A stretch of 64,000 nt of DNA from NCBI RefSeq assembly GCF_018350175.1, contig NC_058368.1, positions 137,828,001-137,892,000 of the forward strand, given 5' to 3'. Position 1 is the first letter of the stretch, and every line of letters starts with the position of its first letter. A program made the translations under genes and the position numbers. This DNA is from Felis catus. Its lineage: Eukaryota. Below, piece by piece: positions 24,713 to 36,284 of the stretch. The notes under the pieces were generated by a model that saw only the letters and a list, made by a program, of their open reading frames with translations, had not been told where the DNA came from and did no database searches.

Positions 24713-24785
24713 GAAGGTGATTTTTTTTTTAATCTTTAGGGCCTAGCAGAGTTCCTGACATGTGATAAATATCTAATGAGTGTTT

Positions 24786-24828
24786 ATGGATGGATGGATG
24801 GATGGATGGATGGATGGATGGATGGATG
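24786..24828. repeat. (ATGG)n microsatellite, probably grown from an L2 tail
   Basis: Read directly; preceded by L2-like gggcctagcagagttcctgacatg. Confidence 0.92.
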
Positions 24829-25496
24829 AATTGCAGCGGCCTGTGCCGTGAAAGTGTCAAGTTACCGCAGCATTGGCCATCCTACCCAGGCTTAGCTGGA
24901 CGAGACATTTTCTCAAAACAGGACTCACTGTGTGGACTCAGCCAACGTCTGTTAATAAAGGTATGGCCATGTATTTGCAAAACACTTGCATTCTAGACTT
25001 TTAAAGCGATTGAGAAACTACGACTTCTTAATCTTCACACACCGCCTGCCCCCCTCACATGAGATGCTTTCAGCATAATTTAGTAATCCAAACTGTACAT
25101 ACCACAGGAGATTTGAAAAGTGCCTAATTAAGGACACAATGCTGTGCTCACCTTATCCTGGGCTTAAATCCACTGAAATTAGTGAGCATTTGGATTCAGA
25201 GAAGGAAGAATTGAGGCATTTTTAGAGCTGTGGATTTGAAGGGATTTGGGGCATCAGTACACTAGGCTCGAATGAGAAAAACAGGCTCAAAATCAGGAAT
25301 AAATAAGATGGTTGGAAGCCAAACAGGATGTCAGAATTAAGAAAGAAAATTGGAAACGAATGAAAGCATTACGCGGAACCCCTAAATCAAGGATAGAGGA
25401 GAGGCCAGCATGCAGGGAGAGGGGTGGTATAACTGAAAGGGATAGAGAAAAAATGTTGTCTTAGCCTAATTTCCTCCTTTCTAAAAAGCAGAGTTT

Positions 25497-25839
25497 CTGT
25501 TAAGTTTCTCAACAGAATTAACAGAAGACTGTGGGGGAAAGGGAGGGGGAAACTGAGAGAGAAGGCAGGGGAAAGGGAGGGGCAAACTGAGAGAGAAGGA
25601 GGCAAACCGTAAGAGATTCTTAAATACAGAGACCAAACTGAGGGCTGATGGAGGGGGGGCGCGGGGGAGGGGGAAAAATGGGCCATGGGCAGTGAGGAGG
25701 CCACTTGTTGGGATGAGCACTGGGTGTTGTATGGAAGAGATGAATCACGGGAATCTACCCCCAAAACCAAGAGCACACCGTATATACTGTATGTTAGCCA
25801 ATTTGACAATATATTGGAAAATAATAATAATAAATAAAT
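25497..25839 (+). mobile_element. Short felid L1 3' UTR insertion with a 5' micro-inversion
   Basis: TSD aaaaagcagagttt at 25483-25496 and 25840-25853; gggatgagcactgggtgttgtatgga...ccaatttgacaat. Confidence 0.95.
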
Positions 25840-27628
25840 AAAAAGCAGAGTTTGAGACACTGCTTTCCATGCAGGTGGTTGACTTTTTTTTTTTTTTAAC
25901 TGGGTTTACTTTCAGATGTGAACCCAAAGAAGAGGAATGGAAAACTGAGAAGCATGGACCTGGGCGGTTCGTGTTCTCACTGTGCAGAGAACTGAACTTT
26001 GGATGTAACCTGCACGTGATCATGAGACGTGGCTATTATAGTCACGCAAGTGGTAACGGTTAATGGTGGTTTAGCTAATTTTTATGTATGTTTTAGAGAA
26101 GAGCTTCAAAAGCAAATTTTGTAGGTCAGGAAGTTCTGGGACCACGAGGAGATGGTAAACCGCGCTAACCGATGCACTCCTCCCGTGACTTGGTGCTGCT
26201 TGAAAGGCTGCCTTCTCTGCCAGCCAGCCGGACGCCCACAGCTAGCATCGTCACTTTCACTCCTCAACCGACTCAAGAAAAGCACAAGCCTTGGAAAAAA
26301 CAGCAACTGCTACCACTATGGTGTTGGTGGGAGGGGATCCATGTGTCCTCTCAGATTCTCGTATGTCACAGTGACCTGCTCTGTGACAGCTACCTTGCAA
26401 AAGCTGATTCCGCATTACACGATTGTAACGATTGCTTGATTGCGTCGCTTCAGCCTTTTCCTCTGAGCTGTTCATCCAGACATGGTGAGATTAGGGGGCT
26501 TGAGGCTTCAGAGGTCAAAAAAGAACTCCAGCTGTCAGAAACAGAACTCTTCAGAGACAGCGGGTCCGGACCTCTATTAGCATCACTGCTGCTGCTATTG
26601 TTTCTGTGGTGTGGTGGCCCAGACTCTCGACGTGCCTCGGGGCCATCAGTTCTTTTTCTTTTGCGGTCTGCAGCCGTGGTCTTGGTGCGGGGCGATGGGA
26701 GAAAGGTTTTTTGCTGGAGTTCTCCGCGGCTGCTGTAGCAGTCCGAACCCAGGCCGGCTCAGAAACACCGCCCCAAGGTGTGCGTTTGGGGCCACCAAGG
26801 CACTGGGAGTCAGTGCTAGCAAATAGTTAGTGCCACTGGGCCTCAAGGTTGACCAGAGACCCCCTGCCTTTCCCAGGACCTCCCCACACGTGCACACCCT
26901 GGGAAAGAAGCCTGCGCTTGGACTCAGTGACCCATTCCTGCTTCCAAATGGCCAAGCGACCTCAGATAACTCGTCATCTCTTCAGACCTCAGTTTCCTCT
27001 TCTGTAAATTGTGAGTGGAGGATTAGAAGGTCTTTCGGCTCCAAGATGTTATGATGTAAAACTCTTGCCAAGACAAATGTCTTAAGTTTGTTTTCTTGTA
27101 TGTCCACACCTCCCTCTTCTATATTTGTTCCACACACGGAAGATATCTGATGCCTCACCCTTCCTCGCCCTCGCCAGACACTTGAGAAAATCTGGCATGT
27201 TTCTTTTTTAAAAGAGCTTCAGCCGTATTTTCTACACAGTTGACTCCCCTTTGCCAGTAAAATCCCTCCCGCTTCTTCAAATCATAGGAATAAGCATTGC
27301 ATCTGGAAGATAGCTGATTCTCATCAGGTTCCTTCAATCTTGTATCAAATTCGGTAACCTTAGACATCTTTTTCTCTGTGGACCAGGAGATGGACGCCAG
27401 CCTATCTATCTCTGGTTTACATCAAGGGAATTTGAAGTAGGATGTTTCTCATGGGGGAAAAAAAGTGTGCTTTGAGAATTCCTTTGCCTATTCTGGCCCA
27501 ACAGAATTTCAGGTGACAACCTGTGAGCAGAGTTGCAAACCTACATTTTTATTTCCATAGATGTTATTTATCATCGGGAAGTTGTGGGAAGTTGGTCGGG
27601 GACAGTGGTTAAAAGCATATCCCAACCA

Positions 27629-27838
27629 GGGGTGCCTGGGTGGCTCAGTTGGTTAAGCATCTGACTTTAGCTCAGATCATGATCTCACAGTTTGTGAGTT
27701 CAAGCCCTGCATTGGGCTCTCTGCTCTCAATGCAGAGCCTACTTGAGATTCTATCTCCCTCCCCAACTCATATTCTCTCTCTCAAAAAAAATAAAACATT
27801 TTATTTAATGTTGATTAAGTGCTTTATTAATTATTAAA
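27629..27838 (+). mobile_element. CanSINE
   Basis: TSD aagcat(a/c)tcccaacca. Confidence 0.94.
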
Positions 27839-27874
27839 ATAAGCATCTCCCAACCAATCTTAAAAGAGAGTTAA

Positions 27875-28089
27875 GGGGCACCTGGGTGGCTCAGTCGGTT
27901 GAGTGTTTGACTTCAGCTCAGGTCATGATCTCACACTCCGTGAGTTCAAGCCCCGCGTCGGGCTCTGTGCTGACAGCTCAGAGCCTGGAGCCTGCTTTAG
28001 ATTCTGTGTCTCCCCCTTTCTCTGCCCCTCCCCTGCTCATGCTCTGTCTCTCTCTGTCTCAGAAGTAAAAATAAAAACATTAAAAAAAA
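27875..28089 (+). mobile_element. CanSINE
   Basis: TSD aaaaga(g/a)agttaa at 27862-27874 and 28090-28102. Confidence 0.95.
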
Positions 28090-28630
28090 AAAAGAAAGTT
28101 AAAAATGAACTCTTGAAGATAGCTCTCTTCATCTAAAATCCACCAGAAGTATGAATCCTGATGGCCACGTCAGCCTGAAGATACAGAACATCACAATAAC
28201 ACAGGATGTTTGCCAGTTTAGTGAGAATGCTCCTTGAGCTGGCTTCCTCTGAAAACTGTGCCTGTTTGGAAGCCTTAGAAATGGCCCCCTACTGCCTGTG
28301 CTCAGTTCTGATGTGTAGTATTATTTGCTGCTTGGCTGGTGCTGAACTGATCTTAATTATCTTCTTGGCCACGCAAGAAGAAAAGTGCAGTTGCTAAAAT
28401 TAATCCATTATCACTGGGACAGCACCAACGACAAAGGTGCATAGAGCAGGACAGTCGGTTCGTCACAGCGTAAGAGAGGGGATTTAGGTTGACTCTCTGC
28501 TGAGACGTACTAACGACCTGGCTCTTTGGGATAGGAAACAACGCATGTGCACCAGGATGCCCTGACTTCAAAAGAGCTGAGGGCTAATGCAGAAGTGAGG
28601 AAAAGTAATATGGCAGCCAGTGATTTTTTT

Positions 28631-28848
28631 TATTTTTTATTTATTTTTTTAAATGTTTATTTACTTTTGAGAGAGACAGCATGCCTGCTAGCTGGGCAAG
28701 GGCAGAGAGGGGAGAATGGGGGGACAGAGGCCAAGCGGGCTCTGCAATGACCGCAGAGAGCCCAGCGCAGGGCTCGAACTCACAAACTGCGAGATCCACG
28801 ACGTGAGCCAAATTCGGATGCTTAATTGACTGAGCCAACCAGGCGCCC
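28631..28848 (-). mobile_element. CanSINE
   Basis: TSD gccagtg plus T-run starting at 28616 and 28850. Confidence 0.93.
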
Positions 28849-28863
28849 TGCCAGTGTTTTTTT

Positions 28864-28975
28864 AGAAATGAGCACTGGGTATTATATGTAAGAGATGAAT
28901 CACTGGGTTCTACTCCTGAAGCCAAGACTACACTGTATGTTAACAAACTTGAATTTTAAAAAGGGAAAAAAAGAA
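28864..28975 (+). mobile_element. Short carnivore L1 3' terminal fragment
   Basis: atgagcactgggtattatatgtaagagatgaatcactgggttctactcctgaagccaagactacactg. Confidence 0.88.
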
Positions 28976-29281
28976 AGGAGTTGAAAAATCAGTGTGAGCT
29001 CTTCCTTATTTGTGTCCCAAGCATGTCCAGAACTTTCTTCCTTTTGGATTCTTTAAAATTTGTTTTGGCCCATGGATGATGCATGAAGAAGTTTCTTTTC
29101 AATACGAAAGTGAAAAAGCATTTCTCTGTGTTTCGACACCCTGAATGTGAATTCATTTTGTAGTTTCAACCCAGAGGAGCTGGTTCTATTCCTGGCTCCA
29201 CTAAGCGAGTCATGGAACTTCCCTGGACCTTATTTTGTCATCTGGAAAAAACACAAAGGGTTTGGAATAGACCCTCTTTTG

Positions 29282-29458
29282 CAGCACTGGCTACATAATT
29301 TGCAGGTCCTGGTGTAAAATGAAAATATAGGGCCTAATGTCCAAAAATGATTAAGACTTTCAAGAGAACAATAGAGAATTAAACCAAGTGTAGGGCCCCT
29401 CTATGCACGAGGCCGGGTTGACCAAAGAGGTCACACTCACAGGTCAAAGCTGGCCTTG
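29282..29458 (-). mobile_element. MER45A-like hAT MITE
   Basis: cagcactggctacataatttgc...aaaatgaaaat...attaaaccaag...aagctggccttg matches the recalled reverse complement of MER45A. Confidence 0.8.
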
Positions 29459-29544
29459 ATTTTTTTCTGGGCCTTGTCCAGCACCTAACTTCTCTGATAT
29501 CAAGGCATTTTTTTTTTTTAATCTCCATGTGCACAGTCCTCATG

Positions 29545-29611
29545 CAAAAAACAAAAACAAAAACAAAAACACAAACACAAACCAAACAAAACAAAAAAGC
29601 AAAAGCAAAAA
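29545..29611. repeat. A-rich (CAAAA)-type low-complexity tract
   Basis: Read directly. Confidence 0.85.
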
Positions 29612-30501
29612 CCTTGAGTTGCATTTTTTTGCTTGAAATCTATCTCACTTTTACTTTTTATGTTCCTTTGACCATAAGTTGTACCTCAGCCCTTCCTGAC
29701 TTCGTTTTATTCTCCAAGATGGATTTTCTTCTTTCCTGTCTAAAACATCCAAATGACCTTTGCTTCGGGCTTTTTCTAAATCACCATATGTTAGATAATT
29801 GTGCCCAAAGGAATTACTTCCAGAGTGGCCTAAACACAAAAGAAAAACACACAGCCAACTTTTTCTCTAGAGCAGTGCAAACATTTCCTTAAACCTAAGT
29901 GTCTCAAGAGGAAAATTGACAGAGTAAACCTTTCACCCAGCAAGTTGCCTGCATAGTGTTTGTACAGAATCCTTCTCGCATTTTTATATCCTTGATTTAT
30001 CTACTGTTTTGCCAATAAAAGCAGTCATGTTCTTTGATTTAAGTTTTTTACAATGGAAAAGTGGCCAGAGAAAATGACTCAGTTGAGTGTTTTATTAACG
30101 GAAAGAACTGATACACCAGCAACAATCCAAGTTCTCTGCCCCTTCTCTATCATGTTACACCATAACATAGCACCTATCTGAGAAGTAGGGGATTCCAAAT
30201 TAAATGCTCCCAAATCAATGACTTTTCAGATATTAGTTCACTAAAATGCCAACCATAAAACAGATAGAACTTACAGCACTGAGAAGTGAAATCTACTCAT
30301 ATAATTTAACAAGCAACTACCAAAAAAGAGGGGATTCTCTTAACATCTTATAAGGAAACAAGTTTGTTTTCTTGCAGGAGTTTTTCAGCTAGGTTCAAAA
30401 GACTGAAGTATCAGCCAAGGAGATAAACTCCCCATACAAAATTTCACCATTACTTCAAATCACTGAAAAATCAGATTTATTCCTTAAAGTTAACTTGTAG
30501 A

Positions 30502-30715
30502 GGGGCGCCTGGGTGGCTCAGTTGGTTGAACATCGGACCCTTGATTTTGGCTCAGGTCATGATCCCAAGGTTGTGGGATTGAGCCCCATGTTGGGCTCTG
30601 CTCTGAGCGTGCAGCCTGCTTAAGATTCTCTCTCTCCCTCTGGCCCTCCCCCTCTCACGATTGCTCTCTTTCTCTCTCTCTTACAAAAAAACAAAACAAA
30701 CAAACAAATAAAAAA
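30502..30715 (+). mobile_element. Older CanSINE, 5' part of a SINE-L1 composite
   Basis: Older SINEC signature cttgattttggctcagg...gcttaagattctct; no TSD directly after its tail. Confidence 0.93.
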
Positions 30716-30892
30716 CCCCCAGAAACTCAACAGATGAACATAGGGGAAGGGAAGGAAAAATAAGATAAAAACAGAGAGAGAGATAAGTCATAAGAGACTC
30801 CTAAATACAGAGAACAAACTGAGGGTTGCTGGAAGGGAGGTGGGTGGGGGGATGGATTAAATGGGCGACACGCATTAAGAAGGGCACTTTTA

Positions 30893-31119
30893 GGGGCGCC
30901 TGGGTGGCCCAGTTGGTTGTGGCTGACTTCAGCTCAGGTCATGATCTCACAGTTTGTGAGTTCGAGCCCCACATCGGGCTCTGTGCTGACAGCTCGGAGT
31001 CTGGAGCCTGCTTCCGATTCTGTATCTCGCTCTCTCTCTGCCCCTCCCCCACTCAGGCTCTGTCTCTCTCTCTCTCTCAAAAATAAATAAACATTAAAAA
31101 AAATTAAAGAAAAAAAAAG
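30893..31119 (+). mobile_element. CanSINE inside L1
   Basis: Perfect TSD aagaagggcactttta at 30877-30892 and 31120-31135. Confidence 0.96.
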
Positions 31120-31135
31120 AAGAAGGGCACTTTTA

Positions 31136-31362
31136 GGGGCACCTGGGTCAGTCGGTTAAGTGTCTGACTTCGGCTCAGATCATGATCTCACAGTTTGTGA
31201 GTTCGAGCCCCATGTCGGGCTCTGTGCTGACAGCTCAGAGCCTGGAGCCTGCTCTGGATTCTGTGTCTCCACGTCTCTCTCTGCCCCTCCCCCGCTTATG
31301 CTCACTCTCTCTCTGTCTCTCTCAGAAATAAACACTAAAAAAATAAAAATAAATAAAACATC
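31136..31362 (+). mobile_element. CanSINE inside L1, tandem to the previous one
   Basis: Followed by a degenerate target copy aagaaggacattctt at 31364-31378. Confidence 0.94.
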
Positions 31363-31995
31363 AAAGAAGGACATTCTTTGGGATAAGCGCTGAGTGTCAC
31401 GTGTAAGAAATGAATCACTGGGTTCTACTCCTGAAGCCAAGACTACACTATAGGCGAACTAACTCAAATTTAAATTTTAAAAAATTCAATAATTAAAAGA
31501 AAATCAAACCAAAAAAGTTAACTTGTGGAATTTTAAGAGGAGAAAGTGACTTCAAATCTATTCTGACAACTCAACCTCACAATAAATTTATTTGCTGTTA
31601 ACGTTTGGGAAAACAACAAAAACAAAAACAAAGTTTGCGGTATTCTATTTATGATAAAAAATAAGTACATTTACTTTTTTCTTAATTATATAAAAATCAA
31701 AAGCCCTTTTGTCTCGAATATTCAATATCTGTTTTAAGGGACAGTTTAGGGCAAGGATGTTATAAACACTAACACAACCATCATCTAGTTTATGACAATG
31801 CCAAATATTTGAATACCAATATCCTTCAACATAGGAGCAAACAAGTCTACAAAACAATAAATACCTGTATTGAGAACTCATCCACTTCTCTGCCTAATGG
31901 CAGGATTGTATCTAAACTCCTATATTAGTTGCCTAGGGCTGTTGTAACAAAGTACCACAAACTGGATGGTTTCAAACAATAGAAATTGTTTTTCT

Positions 31996-32231
31996 GGGGC
32001 GCCTGGGTGGCTCAGTCGGTTAAGCGTCCGACTTCAGCTCAGGTCACGATCTCACGGTCCGTGAGTTCGAGCCCCGCGTTGGGCTCTGGGCTGATGATGG
32101 CCCAGAGCCTGGAGCCTGCTTCCGATTCTGTGTCTCCCTCTCTCTCTGACCCTCCCCCATTCATGCTCTGCCTCCCTCTGTCTCAAAAATAAATAAACGT
32201 TAAAAAAAAAACAATTAAAAAAAAAAAGAAA
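31996..32231 (+). mobile_element. CanSINE (young felid type)
   Basis: TSD agaaattgtttttct at 31981-31995 and 32232-32246. Confidence 0.96.
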
Positions 32232-32459
32232 AGAAATTGTTTTTCTTATAGTTCCGGAGGCTAGATATCCAAAACGAGGTGTCTGTGGGCCATGCTCTCT
32301 GAAGGCTCTGGCCCAGACGCTCCCTTGCCTCCTCCAGCTCCAGGGGTAACTGACCAGCCTTGCCACCCCGTGGCTCACAGCTGTATCCCTCCAATCCATG
32401 CCTCCCTCGTCACAGGGCCTTCTCCCTGGGTCTCTTCTCTATTTACAAGGACCAGTTGT

Positions 32460-32631
32460 GTGCGTCTGTATGTTTGAGAAATAGAGCAGGGAGAGGGGCA
32501 CAGGGAGAGGGAAAGAGAATCCCAAGCAGGCCCCCCGCTCAGGCCCTGGGCTCCATCCCACAACCCTGGGATCACGACATGAGCTGAAATCAAGAGTTGA
32601 AAACTCAACCCACTAAGCCACCCAGGCACCC
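32460..32631 (-). mobile_element. Older CanSINE
   Basis: TSD caaggaccagttgt at 32446-32459 and 32632-32645. Confidence 0.92.
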
Positions 32632-32793
32632 CAAGGACCAGTTGTATAAATTTGCCCAGGCTGCTATCACAATATATGATTAGCTGCGTGGCTTAAACAA
32701 CATTCTTTCTCACGGTTCTGGCTCTGGAGGCTCAAAGTTTGACATCAAGATGCTGGTCTATTCGGAAGGACATGAATTTGGAGGGACACTTTC

Positions 32794-33022
32794 TTTTTTT
32801 TTTTTTTTTAACTTTTTTAGCGTTTATTTATTTTTGAGGCACAGACAAAGACAGAGCATGAGCAGGGGAGGGGCAGAGAGAGAGGGAGACACAGAATCCG
32901 AAGCAGGCTCCAGGTTCTGAGCTGTCAGCACAGAGCCCCACGCGGGGCTTGAACTCATGAACAGCGAGGTCATGACCTGAGCCAAAGTCAGATGCTTAAC
33001 CAACTGAGCCACCCAGGTGCCA
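32794..33022 (-). mobile_element. CanSINE
   Basis: TSD gagggacactttc at 32781-32793 and 33025-33037. Confidence 0.96.
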
Positions 33023-33184
33023 CAGAGGGACACTTTCAACCTAGTACATCCCCCTAAACAAATGATCATCTCTTCTCTGTTTAAAATGAAGTAAAATAAA
33101 ACCAAAATTCCTTTATGAGGTGTTCCACAAAATAAAAGCTCAGTGAATCCCCTACACATCCATTCCATTCAGTCATCCACCCTA

Positions 33185-33375
33185 TCATCACATTCAAAGT
33201 GTGATGTAGGGACCACTTGGCCCAATTCAACTTTGGGAGGGGCTGATAAAAAATGCAGACGCTTAGGCTCCACCCCAGAGCCACCAAGTCAGAACTGCTA
33301 CGTGTAGTGGCCAGGAACTTGCATTTTAAACAAGCTCCCAAGGGTTTTGTGCACACGAAAATTTGAGAACCACTG
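33185..33375. mobile_element. MER5A-like hAT MITE
   Basis: aaaatgcaga...ggctccaccccaga...gcattttaaacaagctccc...tttgagaaccactg. Confidence 0.75.
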
Positions 33376-34140
33376 ATCTGTAGTGTCAGAAAAGTCTGCT
33401 TTACGTTCCCCATGGTGCCTCTTAAGTTCATTCCTTTTTTTTTTTTTTTCATTCTTTTCAGGTGAAATTGAGAACAGCTGGTCAACAATTTTTTTTTTTA
33501 ATAGTTGAACACCATCCTAAAGGTACTTCTCATTCCTATTTCCCCCATGAAACCAAATAACACAAACTCAAACAATCTTCCTTTAGGATGTGTTCTCTAA
33601 TCATGAACTCATTCACACGCTCTGGTCAAATTCCTGTCATCTCCAGAATCACAGACAATGCCTGTGGCCGTGGAAAGAGCTACCACTATTTCATATTTCA
33701 GATTAGAAGAATTTGAAGCCCAAAGAGTCACACTGAAGCCATCCTATTCAAAGTTATTTCTAGCCATGAAAACAGGGAGTATTAATAGCCCACGAGGTAG
33801 AGACTGCCTCTAATTCCTCCTTCCTTCCGGTCAGCCCTTTGTGTCAAATTTTATGAGTGGGAAAACAAACCTACCAGCGTATGGGCTGTCTGTGTTCTGA
33901 GCCCTGTGGTGGGGCATCAGGGGGAGATGAAGGCGGGAAGCCTGGGAAAGGGGGTCACCGGGGAGACAAAGGCAACTTTTCATCCGAAGTGGAGCTCTGG
34001 CAAGCCTTAAGAACCAGTCATTTCTTCTTGAGTAACACAAAAATAGCACCCGGGGAGAGCCAGAAGGTTTGAAAAAGTCTACTGGTGATACCTACTACTT
34101 CCCAGCCTTGAATTTTGCTCTCACTTGAAACAGAACTCCA

Positions 34141-34358
34141 GGGGGCGCCTGGGTGGCTTGGTAGGTTAAACGCCTGACTCTTGATTTTGGCTCGGGTCAT
34201 AATATCATGGTTTGTGAGTTTGAGTCCCGCATTGGGATCTGCGCTGACAGTGAGGACCGCGCTTGGGGTTCTCTCTCTCCCTCCCTCTGTCTCTCTGCCC
34301 CTCCCGCACTCTCTCTCTTTCTCTCAAAATGAATCAAATAAAAATAAAAATAAACAAA
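34141..34358 (+). mobile_element. Older CanSINE
   Basis: TSD gaaa(c/t)agaactc starting at 34127 and 34359. Confidence 0.94.
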
Positions 34359-35024
34359 GAAATAGAACTCTGGGCTGCTCATCCACATATGCATTCACCC
34401 AACATCCATCAACATCCCCCTGAGTACTCACAATTTAGACATGTAAAACCAGAGTTCCAACATGTACTATGAATATGGGAATTTCCAAATAAGAAAGAAA
34501 TTCGAAGAGTTAGGGGGAAGGAGGAAAATAGCAAGTGCTTTTCAGTTCTTCTAAAACCACATTCACCAGGGAAGAGAAATGATTCAAGTGAGCCCCTGTG
34601 TGTGTTTGGGGTGGTGGGCGGAGGTCAGATCACCTAAGCTAGTGCCATTCACATATTTCCCATTCTACAGACAATTGTGACATTTTACTGAGAGGGTCTT
34701 TTTTAGTCTGACTAGAAAAGTTAATATTTTAATGGCTTATTCAAGCCAGAAAGCATTTATTAAGCACCCGTTATGAGCAAAACATTTTTTTAAATTAAGA
34801 ATTGATTTAAAAATTAGAGGACACCATCAGCTTTTGAATATTTTAGTTTATTTAGGAAAGAAGATACTTGTACTATTAGAGAATGCTATAGAAATTCAAG
34901 TTATCACAAATGAAAGATGCCATATAAACGGTATTTGCTAATTTGACATGAAAATTTTACTCTATTAATTTAAAAAAAGGTTAACTCCTCATATTAACAG
35001 AACAAGATTAAAGGTAAATTTCTT

Positions 35025-35267
35025 TTTTTTAATTTTTTAATTTTTTTTATTTAAAAAAAATTTTTTTTAACCTTTATTTTTGAGACAGAGAGAGACAGAG
35101 CATGAATGGGGGAGGGGCAGAGAGAGAGGGAGACACAGAATCGGAAGCAGGCTCCAGGCTCTGAGCCATCAGCTCAGAGCCCGACGCAGGGCTCGAACTC
35201 ACGGACCGCGAGATCGTGACCTGAGCTGAAGTCAGACGCCTAACCGACTGAGCCACCCAGGCGCCCC
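35025..35267 (-). mobile_element. CanSINE (young felid type)
   Basis: Perfect TSD aaaggtaaatttctt at 35010-35024 and 35268-35282. Confidence 0.97.
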
Positions 35268-35640
35268 AAAGGTAAATTTCTTAAACATTATCCAGAAAAG
35301 TAACAAGATCCTAGTTTAACAAGTATCGATTTCTGGCATTTCACCTTCATATAAATGAAGTTATACTTCATCATAGAGTATGATTGCTCCTGGGAACCAT
35401 AATAAGGAAGATAGTCTAGAACCTAGTCTTGAGGGAAATCCAGGATGATGCTGACAAGACGAGGAGAAACTTACAAGGGAGAGTGAGCTATACGAGCAGA
35501 TGCACAGCAAGAAGGCTCAGGTGTAAAGAAGGCTGTAGGAAATCTGGACAGACTGCATAAAGAGATCATTTGGTAGAGCTGGAACTGCAAATAAAAACGT
35601 GAACACAAGGAGTGAAGTTCTTTCAAGACCAGATGAAATA

Positions 35641-35716
35641 TTAGGTTGACCATACGAAACTTCCACTTGTTTGTAAGGCAGTTCAGCCCATTGTTTGGAA
35701 TTTCATATGGTTCAGT
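35641..35716. mobile_element. MADE2-like mariner MITE
   Basis: TA then ttaggttgaccatacgaaa...aatttcatatggttca inverted termini. Confidence 0.65.
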
Positions 35717-36052
35717 GGAACTATGGAGTGTCTGAAACAATGAAGTGAAGAAACTGATGTCTGGGGAAGATTTATCGGGAGCAGGATTTATCTGAAGATT
35801 ATGAAGCAGGAATGTGGCTGTACTTGAGACTGGGAGACAATTAGGATGTTTTCTAGTAACCTGGGCATAAGGTGGTTGGAATTTGGACTTGGTTTGGCTG
35901 TGAATATGGAAAGGAAGAGACAAATCTCAGAGGCAGCAGACAGTGTGAGACAATTAACAGTCTCTGTCAGAGTTGTAGCCTAGTGGGAAAGTCTTTTCTA
36001 AGTGGGAAAGTTCATTTTGTAAAGTGAACAGTTGTTTTGAAAATAATAACTA

Positions 36053-36284
36053 GGGGCGCCTGGGTGGCGCAGTCGGTTAAGCGTCCGACTTCAGCCAGGT
36101 CACAATCTCGCGGTCCGGGAGTTCGAGCCCCGCGTCGGGCTCTGGGCTGATGGCTCAGAGCCTGGAGCCTGTTTCCTATTCTGTGTCTCCCTCTCTCTCT
36201 GCCCCTCCCCCGTTCATGCTCTGTCTCTCTCTGTCCCAAAAATAAATAAACGTTGAAAAAAAAATTAAAAAAAAAAAAGAAAAA
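36053..36284 (+). mobile_element. Very young felid CanSINE
   Basis: Same diagnostics as the 24498 copy; perfect TSD gaaaataataacta at 36039-36052 and 36285-36298. Confidence 0.97.

Larger units (their letters stand above)
30720..31513 (+). mobile_element. Carnivore L1 3' UTR (3' part of the composite), interrupted by two SINEs
   Basis: aacagatgaacataggggaaggg...gagaacaaactgagggttgctgg...gaatcactgggttctactcctgaagcc; outer TSD aaagttaacttgt(a/g)ga at 30486-30501 and 31514-31529. Confidence 0.92.
31921..33047 (-). mobile_element. MLT1 (B/C-like) LTR remnants carrying three SINEs
   Basis: tattagttgcctagggctgttgtaacaaagtaccacaaactgg...ggacactttcaacctagtaca; a second LTR-end-like restart near 32643. 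Confidence 0.8.
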
